Assembly: GCF_947568905.1 (NCBI RefSeq)
Contig: NC_079167.1
Coordinates: 83,204,001-83,268,000 of the forward strand
Reading direction: 5' to 3'
Source of the DNA: Ostrea edulis
Taxonomy: Eukaryota
Length of the DNA: 64,000 bases
A program made the translations under genes and the position numbers. Within the stretch, counting starts at the first letter, position 1, and every line of letters starts with the position of its first letter. Below the pieces are notes generated by a model. That model was not told the origin of the DNA. It was given only the letters and a program-made list of their open reading frames with translations, and searched no databases. Of this stretch, positions 46,464 through 59,157 are shown in pieces.

Positions 46464-49400
46464 TCAACTGATCGGGAGATTTAAATTTTCCAAGCCAGAA
46501 CCAGCTTTGTGGTCACCCGGCATTGGTCGGGCTTCGTATGTTGCTATGACGACCTCCTGACGTTGGGCCTAAAATAGAATAGCACTCATGTACAGATCAG
46601 TTGAGTAGGTAAAAATAAATAGTCAATCTTTAAAATCCGGTCTGAGTAGTACGTATCAAAATAAATAGTCAAGCTTTAAAATCCAGTCCGAGTACATAAA
46701 AATAAATAGCCAAGCTTTAAAATCCAGTCCGAGTACGTAAAAATAAATAGCCAAGCTTTAAAATCCAGTCCGAGTAGGTAAAAATAAATAGCCAGGCTTT
46801 AAAATCCAGTCCAAGTACGTAAAAATAAATAGCCAAGCTTTAAAATCCAGTCTGAGTAGTACATATTAAAATAAATAGCCAAGCTTTAAAATCCAGTCCA
46901 AGTACGTAAAAATAAATAGCCAAGCTTTAAAATCAAGTCTGAGGAGTACGCATTAAAATAAGTAGCCAAGCTTTAAAATCCAGTCCGAGTAGGTAAAAAT
47001 AAATAGCCAAGCTTTAAAATCCAGTCTGAGTACATGTAGGTAAAATAAATAGCCAAGCTTTAAAATCCAGTCTGAGTACATAAAAATAAATAGCCAAGCT
47101 TTAAAATCCAGTCTGAGTACGTGAATATAAATAGCCAAGCTTTAAAATCCAGTCCGAGTACGTAAAAATAAATAGCCAAGCTTTAAAATCCAGTCCGAGT
47201 AGGTAAAAATAAATAGCCAGGCTTTAAAATCCAGCCTGAGTAGGTAAAAATAAATAGCCAGGCTTTAAAATCCAGTCCGAGTACTTAATGATAAATGGCC
47301 AGGCTTTAAAATCCAGTCTCAGTAGGTAAAAATATAAAATAGCAAAGCTTTAAAATCCAGTCTGAGTAGTACATATTAAAATAAATAGCCAAGCTTTAAA
47401 ATCCAGTCCAAGTACGTAAAAATAAATAGCCAAGCTTTAAAATCCAGTCCGAGTACGTAAATATAAATAGCCAAGCTTTAAAATCCAGTCCAAGTACGTA
47501 AAAATAAATAGCCAAGCTTTAAAATCCAGTCTGAGGAGTACATATTAAAATGAATAGCCAAGCTTTAAAATCCAGTCTGAGTACGTAAAAATAAATAGCC
47601 AAGCTTTAAAATCCAGTCCGAGTACGTAAATATAAATAGCCAAGCTTTAAAATCCAGTCTGAGGAGTACGTATTAAAATGAATAGCCAAGCTTTAAAATC
47701 CAGTCTGAGTACGTAAAAATAAATAGCTAAGCTTTAAAATTCAGTCCGAGTACGTGAAAATAAATAGTCAAGCTTTAAAATCCAGTCCGAGTACGTAAAA
47801 ATAAATAGCCAAGCTTTAAAATCCAGTCTGAGTACGTAAAAATGAATAGCCAGGCTTTAAAATCCAGTCTGAGTAGGTAAAAAAATAAATAGCCAAGCTT
47901 TAAAATCCAGTCTGAGTACGTAATAATAAATATCCCAAGTTTTAAAATCCAGTTTGAATGTCAAGAAGTTGGTAAATATCAAATCTGAACTTCTTTTGTT
48001 ATAAGAATGGGTAATCTTTTTCCCATTTATTTTCAACTTGTGTCTTAAGCTGTTGTTAAATATTCACATATCGCAGAGATTCGAAAATACTATGTCAACT
48101 AATTGCAGGTCACATGACACATCAGATGACAAGCCTACCTGCTGGAAGTCTCCCTTCAGTCCTATGTAGTAAATCTTTGTGTTGTCATCTCCAAAGTTGG
48201 ATGGAAAATGGATGGATAAAGTATTTACGCTATTGAATCTTGCAGCTCTGTAATGAAACAAGCACTTGCAATTTACCCTATAACCTATATATGCTTTTAA
48301 GGTGGAATTTCAGAATTCTGGTAAAGCTTACATGACACTGTACTGGATGTTGCCTTCAGGGTCAGGGCTCAGTTCAAATTCCTGGTCCGCTTTGCGACCT
48401 ACCTCATCAAAGGTCATTTCTGGGACATTTTTGAACCTGTCAATAAACCAAAGGTCTCTGTCAAGACTGTAGCTTTACTGATCAGGTCTTTATAAATAGA
48501 TTGAAGAAAAAACCCACATGGAACCAAATATTTTCATAGCTCTCTCTCTCCTTTCTTTCTCTCTCTCTCTCTAAAAGAAATAAACACTTCTGTAATTCTA
48601 AATTACATGTACAGTGAAACTTCTCTAAACCGGCCGGCTCTCGGACTGGAAAAAACGGCCGGTTTAGAGGGATGGCCGGTATACCGAAAATTTAGCAATT
48701 ATAGACGTTTTATCTCAATATTCACAAAGTAGGTACTGTTCAATTTGATCTGGTGATCTATGATCAATTATCGGTGGACATTAAATTAGTCCGCTTGTAC
48801 CTAATGGTAATTATGAATTACAAGAAATATTCTCGCTGAAATTATCAAATTTTAAACTGAAAATCTATAACAGGATACATAAAGAAAACACAGAGACCTA
48901 TTATTGGAATTCCTCTTACCTATAAATACTCTGTTTACATTTATCGCTTATGTCATTAACAATTTTGTTTTGACGTTTTTAAAAAGTACAGTAGTAAATA
49001 TGAAATTGTAATTTTAATATTTCTTTGGAATTTTAAGCCTATGGAGACCAAGAAAATTAATCTATCTTTTAATAATTATCATTAACAGTCATGGGTTTGT
49101 TCTTTATTAAATACCGCTTATATCCATACGATATATGTAGTATGGTGAAGCAATATGGCGTTTGATACTGTATTCATTCAATATGTTCCTAACTGTTTTT
49201 TACCTTTTGTACTGAATTTGGAAGGGTCTCTTGGATTAGCTAAGTGTCAATTAACACCCTTGACAGCACAGGTATATAATAGAAATTAAAGAGGCCACTA
49301 GTGTTTTTCACACCTTCGGTGGATGATTTCTCACCTGGCCAGTTGGTCAGTCAATTTGGATGATCTTGATCAACCTCTGGCCAAAATTTTATGGTCTTCA

Positions 49401-50331
49401 AAAAGTGGCCAGTATGTTAAGGGTAAATTACACATGTTTGTTAACAAATGTACTTTAAAAAGTGGCCGATGTCCGGTTTTCAGGGGTGGCCGCTTTTGTA
49501 AGACTTTCTTTGTAAGGAAATGTTAAGATTTCTGCCGGGACTTTGAAAATCGGCCGATATTCAGGGAGAACCGGTTTTCTGAGGGGCCCGTTTGGAGAAG
49601 TTTCACTGTATATATTATGAAGATATACCATGAACTATGTACAGAATGTTGAAAAATAATAATTTAAAAAAAACCCAAAAAACAACCCACATGCATCTAA
49701 TCAGGTAAGATTAACACAATTTTCGGTATCATATCAGTCTCTGTATTAGTGGAAGGAGTAGCATTTTTAAACTATTCAACAGATTAATAAATTTTTAGTA
49801 AGGTTTCATTGCATCTTCATCAAAATTCAATACACAAAATAATTTATTGGAATGAAATCTTTGCACAAGTCTCACAACAACTAAACAAAACCTGTAAGAG
49901 AGATGGCATATCTATGTGATTTGACAAATCCATCTTTTTTTAGTAACAGAAACTGGCAAGTGGAATACTGTACAGACGTTAATGTGTCATCTTTATGTGT
50001 ACAAAATTACAATAAAATTCAACAAGAGGCCCATTGGCCACATCGCTCATCTGAGTTACCTTGGCCTATATCTGAAGACTTTCCATATATATTTGCATGT
50101 AAAACCTTAGTCCCTATTGTGGCCCCAACCTACCCCTGGAGGCCATGATTTTTACAAACTTGAATCTGCACTATGCCAGGAAGCTTTCATGTAAATGGCA
50201 GCTCCTCTGGCCCAGTGGTTCTTGAGAAGAAGATTTTTAAATGACCCTACCCTAATTTTGCATTTTTGCGATTATCTCCCCTTTGAAGGGGGCATGACCC
50301 TTCATTTGAACAAACCTGAAAGCCCTTCACC

Positions 50332-50365
<34 letters not shown>

Positions 50366-50377
50366 ACCCAGTGGTTT

Positions 50378-50410
<33 letters not shown>

Positions 50411-52868
50411 ACGATGCCGCCGACGATGACAGACAAATTTTGATCAGAAAAGCCTTCGGCTCAGGTGAGCTAAAAACTGGAGAAGTTGAAGCATTTTCAA
50501 AATTATTTGTCGGATTATAAATCTATTTAGAAACAATAGCCATATTTTTGCTGAAATTTGAAAATGATAAGCAAAATTTTGTGTCTTCACACAGTTTTCC
50601 TGTGTGTAAAGTACATCACTGAAATCTGACAATTTAGAAAATAATCATTTACAGACATCACTCACACAATCAATACCTTACTGTGACACAAGATCTCTAA
50701 CCAGTAGAGCTAAGAATATAAAAATAATTCTGTTACAAGAATAGGAGTCCAGTGATATGAGGAAGCAGTACATTTTCTGTTAATCGAGGTATAATCCTAC
50801 TGATGCGGGTTTTGCATGTTCCACTTGGGTAGTACCAGTACTCACAGTCTCATTTTATCTGGGTGACTTTGTCCTTCTCCACCTATCACAATGATGCCTT
50901 TCAATTTCACACTTCCAGTAAATCTGCAATATAAATCATGTACACCACATTAAGTATTCTTTTACCAAACCATTAGCATGGGGCTATTTTTAAGGAAACA
51001 TTCAAATGTGTTTGTCAAAAATTATGCCCTTGACCAAGTTCAAATGTGACAAACCCTACCTTTAAACTTGATACAAATTTTTACAACTCATACAGGTTTG
51101 CCCTTTCAGTTCACTAAATATGAAGTCTATTTCTTGAACAGTTCAAAAGTTATAACATAGGACATACAAACACAGGAGAAAAAGTCTGCCCGTTTATCTT
51201 CCATTTCAGGGGCATAAAAAGATCCTAGCTTTATAGCAGTAAATACTTTACAAAATTTATTCCTGTGTGCCAGTGGGTATTATTACTTTATTTTGCTTTT
51301 TTTTTTCCTTATCAAAATGCAAAGATTGCCCCCCCCCCCCCTTCAAGCAAATACATAAGTGTATATCTCCATGTTTACACAATTTTAACTCTAAGTGAAG
51401 TGAAGTAGAGTGTAGCAAGAACATGAATGGATTTAGAATTCTAATTAACTAATTCTAAATTAGATTGATGTTAAACTTACGGAATTCTAAACAGTAACTC
51501 AGGATCTGCATCACTCTCTACATACTGAAAGACAATGATGGAATCTCAAACTGTAGTGAAACTTTGTTAATACTTTACCAGACAAATTTCTTTTTTGGGT
51601 GAAGACAAGAATGATAGTTCAATGTTGTTGTATGAAAAAAACAAAGTGATCTGCAAATCTTTTGATCAAGAAATGTTAGTAGGTCTGAGTAATAATGAGA
51701 TTATTTAATATATATACCTGTACATTTGTCTTTGAAATGTTGATTTTGCATGTGATGTGAGATCATGGTCGATGTGCCACTGAATACCTCAGATTGTATG
51801 CAATCATGTGAGTGATAAGAAATGTACAGTTATACAATTCTTTTACTTTTCATCCCAAAAATTAAACCTAAACCACTTTATTGTTAAATACTTTAATTTC
51901 GTTCTCTTTGATAATAAACAATGTTGTCCAAAGCATCTATGTTCTTAGCTCATTTGAGAAAATTTGTAAATTTTTGGTTTAACTTTCAGATATCAATTCT
52001 TCATTCATATTTTCAGTTGTAGTAGTTAGGGCTATATGGACCGAGGATATTGGCCTGAAAAGCTCGGTGGTTAGAGCACTTGACTAGTAATGCAGGGGTC
52101 CCAGGTTCAATTCCCAGACCAGCCATACATTTTCTTCTCTCCTATACTACAGTTGGTGCCATTAACCACCCCTGCACTGTAGGCTGTCCTGCCAGGGGCG
52201 AGGGGAGTCTGTGTTATGTGTCTTTGATGGTGGAGACAAATTAAAGGAGGTAGGAGTGTAGTAGTTGGGCTATAATATGGACCATGGATATCGGCCTTAG
52301 ATAGCAGTGGTTAGAGCACCTGACTAGTAATGCAGGGGTCCCAAGTTCGATTCCCAGTCCAGCTAAATATGTCCTCCTCTCATATACTACACAATCTTAC
52401 ACTTTTACTTTGGTCGTTTGAAAACAATAGTGCTTAAAGCAATTAAGTCTGATAAGATTTAATTAAATTATGACCACAAGATATCTCTGAATGTCCCTTC
52501 CTGTGACCCTTAAAGGGCTTTATTGTAACTTTGAAAACCAATAAGATCCAAAGTCTTGTTCAGAACTGCAAGTTAAAACGACATCCTAGTATACACAAAC
52601 ACCTGAACACGGTGAGAACATATCGATGTTTTGGACAAAGTTAAACATAAAAAGGTCCTGTATTTGATACCTCCTCTTTGTCGAGTCTCTGCTCCCATGG
52701 TTTAAACACCGACTTTGCCGGAGAGTCTGAATTCAGGCACTGAACTGCGTCTAAGTTTATTTTTGTATAAAGACTGTACGCGGCTGCCAGCTGATCTTCC
52801 GTCACGTGACTATCACAGTCGTGACCCCCACCACATCCCCCATCATGACTGTGCCCGTGCCCCGACAT
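46464..52868 (-). CDS. PITHD1: PITH domain-containing protein 1, 212 aa
   Basis: Complement of exons 52671-52868, 51481-51524, 50846-50923, 48332-48436, 48139-48247 and 46464-46568 (639 nt). MSGHGHSH start, YSLYTKINLDAVQCLN, VESDAD.ELLF.IPFTGSVKLKGI, FGDDNTKIYYIGLKGDF, YEARPMPGDHK. Confidence 0.94.
46600..47960. repeat. ~41-47-bp minisatellite, about 30 copies, filling most of the last PITHD1 intron
   Basis: aaaataaatagccaagctttaaaatccagtc(c/t)gagta units. Confidence 0.95.
48612..49608. mobile_element. Tc1/mariner (pogo/Tigger-type) non-autonomous element
   Basis: TA|CAGTGAAACTTCTCTAAAC ... GTTTGGAGAAGTTTCACTG|TA. Confidence 0.85.
50021..50476 (+). mobile_element. Helentron-associated (HINE/Pearl-like) element, same family as 26928-27553
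   Basis: aacaagaggcccattggccacatcgctcatctgag start; agccttcggctcaggtgagctaaaaa end (subterminal inverted repeat plus hairpin). Confidence 0.85.
52018..52391 (+). mobile_element. tRNA-Thr-carrying TRIM (Helenus-like)
   Basis: LTRs 52018-52151 and 52257-52391 (TGT..ACA), PBS-like tggtgcc at 52154, PPT aaaggaggtaggag at 52243-52256, flanks cagt/caat. Confidence 0.85.
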
Positions 52869-53083
52869 CGTGCATTAAAAATTAAAATCCTTGCAAATAC
52901 TGCTCATAGAATTCTTTCCAACTTTCACTTTGAAAGATCTTTCTAGAAAGTTCTAGAATGTCAACACGCAAAATCCCTTGATGTCAAACGCTTCAGCGAT
53001 CAAAATTGCTGTCCTTTCGGAAGCCTCGGACTTCACCCTAAAGCAAAAAGGGTTATTTTCAAAGAACTCCGAAAAAAGTAAAC
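52869..53083. promoter_or_regulatory. 215-bp bidirectional promoter (PITHD1/PDCD2) containing a heat-shock element
   Basis: Divergent ATGs at 52868 (-) and 53084 (+); tTTCt aGAAa gTTCt aGAAt at 52940-52959. Confidence 0.75.
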
Positions 53084-56000
53084 ATGGCAGAAAATTCTCA
53101 CGTGGATTTGGGTTTTGTGGAGAAAACCGACCCAGAGAAATTGACATGCCAACAATTTCCAAGCAAAGTTGGAGGAAAGCCTGCTTGGTTATCACTCTCA
53201 CCTCTTCCCTCACCAGATCAGTTGTCATGCCCGAAATGCAATGCAGTATGCGTGTTTTTACTACAAGTTTATGCACCAGTTGATGATGATGACAATGCGT
53301 TTCACAGGACAGTGTTTGTATTTCTTTGTAAGAATCCAGAATGTCATCAACTAAACTCCAGTGTTCCATTCATTGTTCTGAGGTCTCAGCTTCCGCGAGT
53401 TAATGACTTTTACAGCCCAGAACCCCCAACACCGGCAACGCCCGTGCCAATCAAAGGGGACAAACTCTGCGTGGTGTGTGGCAGTGTTGGACCTAAATGT
53501 TGCTCTAAATGTCACTCCAGGTCTTACTGTTGTAAAGAACATCAGACGATTGACTGGAAAGGCGGACACAAACAGAATTGTTCAGACACCCAAGGTTGTT
53601 TTACTTTGCTTTTCAGGTTCACATATATAATTTGGTGTAGCACTAAGTATAATCCGAGATTTCTCTTATCTTACCCCCGCGTTTATATTGTGACAAGTGT
53701 GGGGGAGAGTCAGAGTGGACTCCATATTGAAAAGTGGGAATTCAGCGACACCAGCTGGTGTCGCTGCTTTACCTACCTCTTACAACTTCATTTCGCAGAT
53801 CTATCTTCCAAGACGCAAGGATTTAGTTATCGGAAGATTATTCTACACATAGATCATGATTAATATGATGCTATCACCATTTAAACGGCCCTAACACCGA
53901 CAAATGAAGCATTACTTGAATTAGGTCACCGCCTCGCCATTCGATTTCTTTGCGCATGACGTCAGCACATAAACACACAAAATTTCATAGTTTAAATGGC
54001 AAAGAATTTCTAGAGTCTCTCATTAAAAATGATGGAGATCTCGCAAATTCATGTCTTGTTCATTTGAGATTATAAACTTGTGTAGATCAATTATCAATAT
54101 GCATCCTAGTATTCTGGTCCACTACATCAATAATGATCTGTAATATTTATTGATCATAGCGTGTGACATCACTGTTTATGTTTAGATGTCTGAAACAGTG
54201 GTGAATATGATATAAACCCCTCAAGTTTAGTCACCATTTTCAACTTAGGTGATACAGAATATAGTAGCACCCCCACCCCCCATCCCTTCATTGGTTTAAG
54301 ATTAGTTTAACATACATCCACGATAAGAAAATCAGCTATGAGAGAGAAATTCATTATTATTATAATGATGTACTGAAATATGTCAAGATCCGTAAGCATG
54401 CTATCAAGTGATCATATTCAGCTTAATTAATTCTAGAATGGATCTGCGTGTATCCTTACAACAACGTCAATTTTTAAAGTGGTCAAACTTGTAGAAATTT
54501 ATTTACAATGTGTGAATGCTACAGTATTTTATCATTGTGTTAAAGCTACCTTGTTAGCTGATACCTGTGTTCATAAATCTGTAGATTTCTTTGAGAGTTT
54601 GGTTGTTAGGGTAGCTCCATCCTCATGTGACTTATCAATATTAATGGTTTAAAATGGACAAACTGTATAATTAATTTCCACTTAATACTTACTATATTTT
54701 AATTTGATAAAAAAAACAAAGAAAATAGATGTACCAATTTTTAATGTCAACAGTTTCAAAACACTGCTTCTTTGTAAATATGTATAAAGCAATTGTGGAT
54801 ATCCAGGAAATCATTGTATAATAGACATACAGTAGAGAAATACCCCTATAGGAGTTATTGCCCTTGACAACATTTTTATTAAATAATAGATAATTGATTA
54901 TTTATGGAAAATATAAATGTTTTCAGTATCAGTAGTTTTCCAAATTGTTTCTTTATCCAGTGAAAGAAATTACTTCAAAAGATCTGTTTCTATCATGAGC
55001 AAAGTTTAATTAAAGATTTTGCAAAAGCCTATGAGATCACATGAGGATGTACATGTAGCTACCTTAATGGACTTTTTAGTTTTAAAATGATCAGTGATGT
55101 AGATGACTGTTTATTTCCCTGTTTTGTGTGTTGTAGAGGACAGGTGTTCTGAGAGGTCAAAGGTTCTCTTCCAGGAATACGAATTGTTGATTGAGGAGGA
55201 AGCGTTCCAAAAGGAGGAGGAAAAATCTGAGGCTGAGAAGAAACAGGAGCTGCAATCGTTCCTAAAGTCCGACAAAGCCAGCTCTCTCCTCCAAGAATGT
55301 CCTCCCGAGGACATGGAGAAAATGTCGAACCAGTCGGAGGACAAAGTGTTCCTCAAGTTCAGGAAACGAGTGGGGCATGCTCCCGATCAGGTCAATATCA
55401 ATTACCAAAAACAAAACTTCATTGTCAGTTTAGTTTGGATTAATTCGTACATTTTGATATTTTTGCATTCCTTTTGTTTTGTGATTTAGTCTGTTACCTG
55501 TTTAGTCTCTAGACTGACCTCTGACTTTTTCAAAACCACAAGACAATTTTCACGAAACTTGGCATGGGAGATTTATTATTGAAGGGGATGCAGAATGTTA
55601 CAGGTTCATCCCTGTCAGCAAGGAGAGATATATGTAGGGAAAATAGGTCAAGGTCATCACTGTCAGCAAAGAGAGATTTATGTAGTGAAAATAGGTCAGG
55701 ATCATCCCTGTCAGCAAGGAGAGATATATGTTGTGAAAATAGGTCAAGGTGATCCCTGTCAGCAAGGAGAGATAGATGTAGTGAAAATAGGTCAAGGTCA
55801 TCCCTGTCAGCAAGGAGAGATAGATGTAGTGAAAATAGGTCAAGGTCATCACTGTCAGCAAGGAGAGACAGATGTAGTGGAAATAGGTCAAGGTCATTTA
55901 ATAATTTTCTTCTCAAGAACCACCAGACTAAATATGACAAAACATGTGTTGAACTGTTCCTTAATTCAAATATCTTGACCCCCATTTCACCCCCACTCCA

Positions 56001-57739
56001 ATATTTGTGAATGTATTATGAGTCACTTTGATGTAGGTTCTGCGTTATGACAGAGGAGGGTGTGCATTGTTGGTTTCCGAGGACAACAAGCCGGATAACA
56101 TACCAGACTGTTCCTGTGGAGCCAAAAGAGAGTTTGAGTTTCAGGTTTGTATCGTAGTAAACTTTGCTGTTATGAATATCAATCTAATTAGAATTTTATA
56201 TATTCGTCGACTACTCTTCTCTGAATGTGGTAACTGATGAAAACATAAAGAAAATTATTATGTTGGGAATATTACTGATCAGACTCGTCATTCCATACTG
56301 AACATGCACTTTACAAGTTATTATAAATACAAACATGTAGAAAAACAATTGTCCAGTTTTAACTTGTGTTGCATTTTATGAAAGTTGTAGTGACAGAGAT
56401 GTATACTATACAAATCACATACATTAATACAAAACAAATGGATCTTCAAATGAAAGATGAAGTCTGATCATGAAGTTTGATTGTGGATATGTGGTTTTAA
56501 GCCTTGTTGTATTTTTCTCTTGTTTGTAAGTAGATCTGTCAACATATGAGCTATTTTAGCACATGACATAACTTCATAGATAGCAGAAGAATTGCTGTAT
56601 CTTCCTTTTTCTGAATGTTTAAAGTAAATATAGTGTTCCAGCATTCTAGAATTTTTAATGTATGTCTGTTTTAGAAAATTAAGGTTGTATCTGAGGTGTA
56701 TACCCCCGCCATACATATGTCTATTACATACATATATTCAGGCAGATACATATGCTGGAGTTACTCAGGTGAGCTCACTTCAGCCTTCAGTGCAGGTGAG
56801 CTAAAAACTGAATGTTGGAAAAACAATCTGAATACCCCCACAGGTTAAACGGTAACACTTCAACATACATGTATAATGACTCACCAAAAAAGGGCTCAAT
56901 ATCTGCAAGTGTGATGATGAAAAAAGTAAGTCCATAGGCCATAGCTCTACTCCTTTTCGGTTGATTGAATCTTAACTAAAAATTCAAGAATATAGTTATA
57001 TGATATTTGCTCAATATCTGCACATGTAGCGAAGAAAAAGTTTGGAAAATTGAATTCTGTGAAAATTTCAAATTCCAAAGACTTTAACTCTTTTAAAAAT
57101 CTTGTTATGTAACTCATCAAAACTAAATATCAGCTGAATATCTGCAAGAACTGAAAGAGAAGGCAGTAAAACTGTTAATTCTTAGAGGGGTACAGAATTC
57201 TGTCCATTCTTTTATTCTTTCAGAATTAGAGAATGGACAGAAGGGGAGAAAACTCCTACCATAGTCTGTATGCCCCAGCAATTTTGTTGTGAATATGGGA
57301 CTAAAGTATTTCTGCAAGTTTCCAAACAAAGTCAATATCTTGTCCTTCTAATGTAACAGTATAGTTTCCAATCAATGTCCCCGAAACCTAATGGAGCTAT
57401 GTAAGTCTTCAAAGGCATCTTCATAAAGACACCAAGAATCTTCAGGTATAGTGATGTCACGTCAGCCTAATGGAGTAGAGCTTTGTAACCTTATAAGACC
57501 TTTAGTCTTCATTATTTTTAGTTGTTGTTGACAAACATGTGAATTGCTACATAGGGATGTAATTTTGGTACCTTGACTGTCTGTAGGTGATGCCCCAGCT
57601 TCTGTGTCACCTGGGGGTGGATCGTGTGGGAGCCAGCATTGACTGGGGGACTCTCTGTGTCTACACATGTTCAGCAAATTGTGACACTGGGAACCAGTAT
57701 CAACAGGAGTATCTATGGAAACAAGACTATTCCAAATAG
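53084..57739 (+). CDS. PDCD2: Programmed cell death protein 2 (MYND zinc finger plus PDCD2_C domain)
   Basis: Exons 53084-53594, 55137-55390, 56037-56144 and 57587-57739. DLGF, SKVGGKPAWL, LLQVYAP, FHRTVFVFLC, MYND finger CVVCG..CSKC...YCCKEHQ..DW...H...C, QVLRY, REFEFQVMPQLL, IDWGTL.VYTC. Confidence 0.95.
55600..55895. repeat. 48-bp tandem repeat, about 6 copies, inside a HINE-like remnant
   Basis: atccctgtcagcaaggagagatagatgtagtgaaaataggtcaaggtc units. Confidence 0.9.
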
Positions 57740-57815
57740 ATTGTATCTATGGAAACAAGACTAATATTCCAAATAGATTGTATCTATGGAAACTAGACTT
57801 TTCCAAATAGATTGT
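57710..57815 (+). repeat. Triplication of the last PDCD2 codons and stop codon
   Basis: gtatctatggaaacaagactattccaaatagatt occurs 3 times with small variations. Confidence 0.9.
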
Positions 57816-58364
57816 AATCCTGACTGTGATTTTGGTGTTCTTGAGAGAAGTTTTTATCTTCAGTGAAAATCTTTGGTGCCTGTTGTGTTAAGATTGATTA
57901 AAAATTGTGTACATGTTATACAAATATTTTTGATGGCAATGCATTTTGTGAAATAATAAAAATCTCGGACCTTTTTATTTTAATCATGTGAAGTTAAATC
58001 CGTATTACAATTGGAGCGAAGAGTTTTATTATAACTCATAGATTGTGAACTAGCCAATCAGACAGAATATTGGTACAGGGTAATTTAATATGTGCATACT
58101 TTCACTCTATCTATCCATGATTCATCAGATCCTGTAGTTAGAGTAATGTCAGATGTATGTCAAGGGACATGCACATTCATATCCCATGTGGTATAATCCT
58201 GTAGAAATATAAAAAATAAATATTATGCAACCCTCAACCTTAAACTTATTGATACATGAATTCTTGTAGAACCCTCTTTATTCTTACTCCAGTTAGTGGG
58301 CTCCTTAAATCTGTATGTCAATACACAGGTCTGAGTGGGAGATGGGGAACTACTGTAATACTGG

Positions 58365-59157
58365 TATAGGGACAGAAAGTCACAGGACAAAAAGTCACAA
58401 AATCCATAGGACAAAAAGTCACAATGATGACTTTTGATTAGATAGGATAATAATTCACAGGACGAAAAGTCACAGGACAAAACGTCACTGGACAAAAAGT
58501 CACAAAATCAGTAGGAAAAGTCACAAAAATGCTCACTAAAGCTGTTGTTCAGACACCAGACATTTCTTGCAGTGGATGGGAGGTAGAAAGGAATACATGT
58601 CATCATTCTTATTGGTGTTTGTTTTGCCACATTTAGCACTTTCAGTTCATTAAAAAGGAAAAATCATTGACTTGTTTATATAGCAATTATTATATGACAG
58701 TTCACTTACTTCTTGTTTTGACAATAATCTGGAGTGAAAGGAAGCCAACCATAATTCTGCCATCAGATTTTGTTTTGACAATCCTTAATTTAATTTGTAG
58801 TATACTAAACCTAATGATCATAAAGCTTATTTTTATTTTATCTCAGTGAATAAAAAAAATCTCTTTTTAAAAATCAAAATAATATTTTACAATGATAAAA
58901 GGAATAACAATTTTATAATTATTATAAAAATCTCATAGAAAATATAAATTTTGCATAATATATTTTCTTAAACTTTACAAAAAGAGCAGATATGTTTTCA
59001 AATATATATAAAAAATCAATACTTTTTATTTTCTTATAAACTGTGACTTTTTGTCCTGTGACATTTTGTTCTACTTTCATAAAATTTCTTAGTGTGACTT
59101 TTTATCCATGGTCATTTTGTCCATGACTTTTTGTCCTGTGACTTTTTGTTCTACATT
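58365..59157. mobile_element. Foldback-type MITE with tandemly repeated GGACAAAAAGTCAC in its inverted arms
   Basis: The motif is repeated at 58367-58530, and its reverse complement gtgactttttgtcc at 59040-59155. Confidence 0.65.

Noticed and set aside
53595-53863. C-terminal part of the 259-aa PDCD2 ORF
   Set aside because: Read-through into intron 1. Homology stops at the donor at 53595 and resumes in exon 55137.
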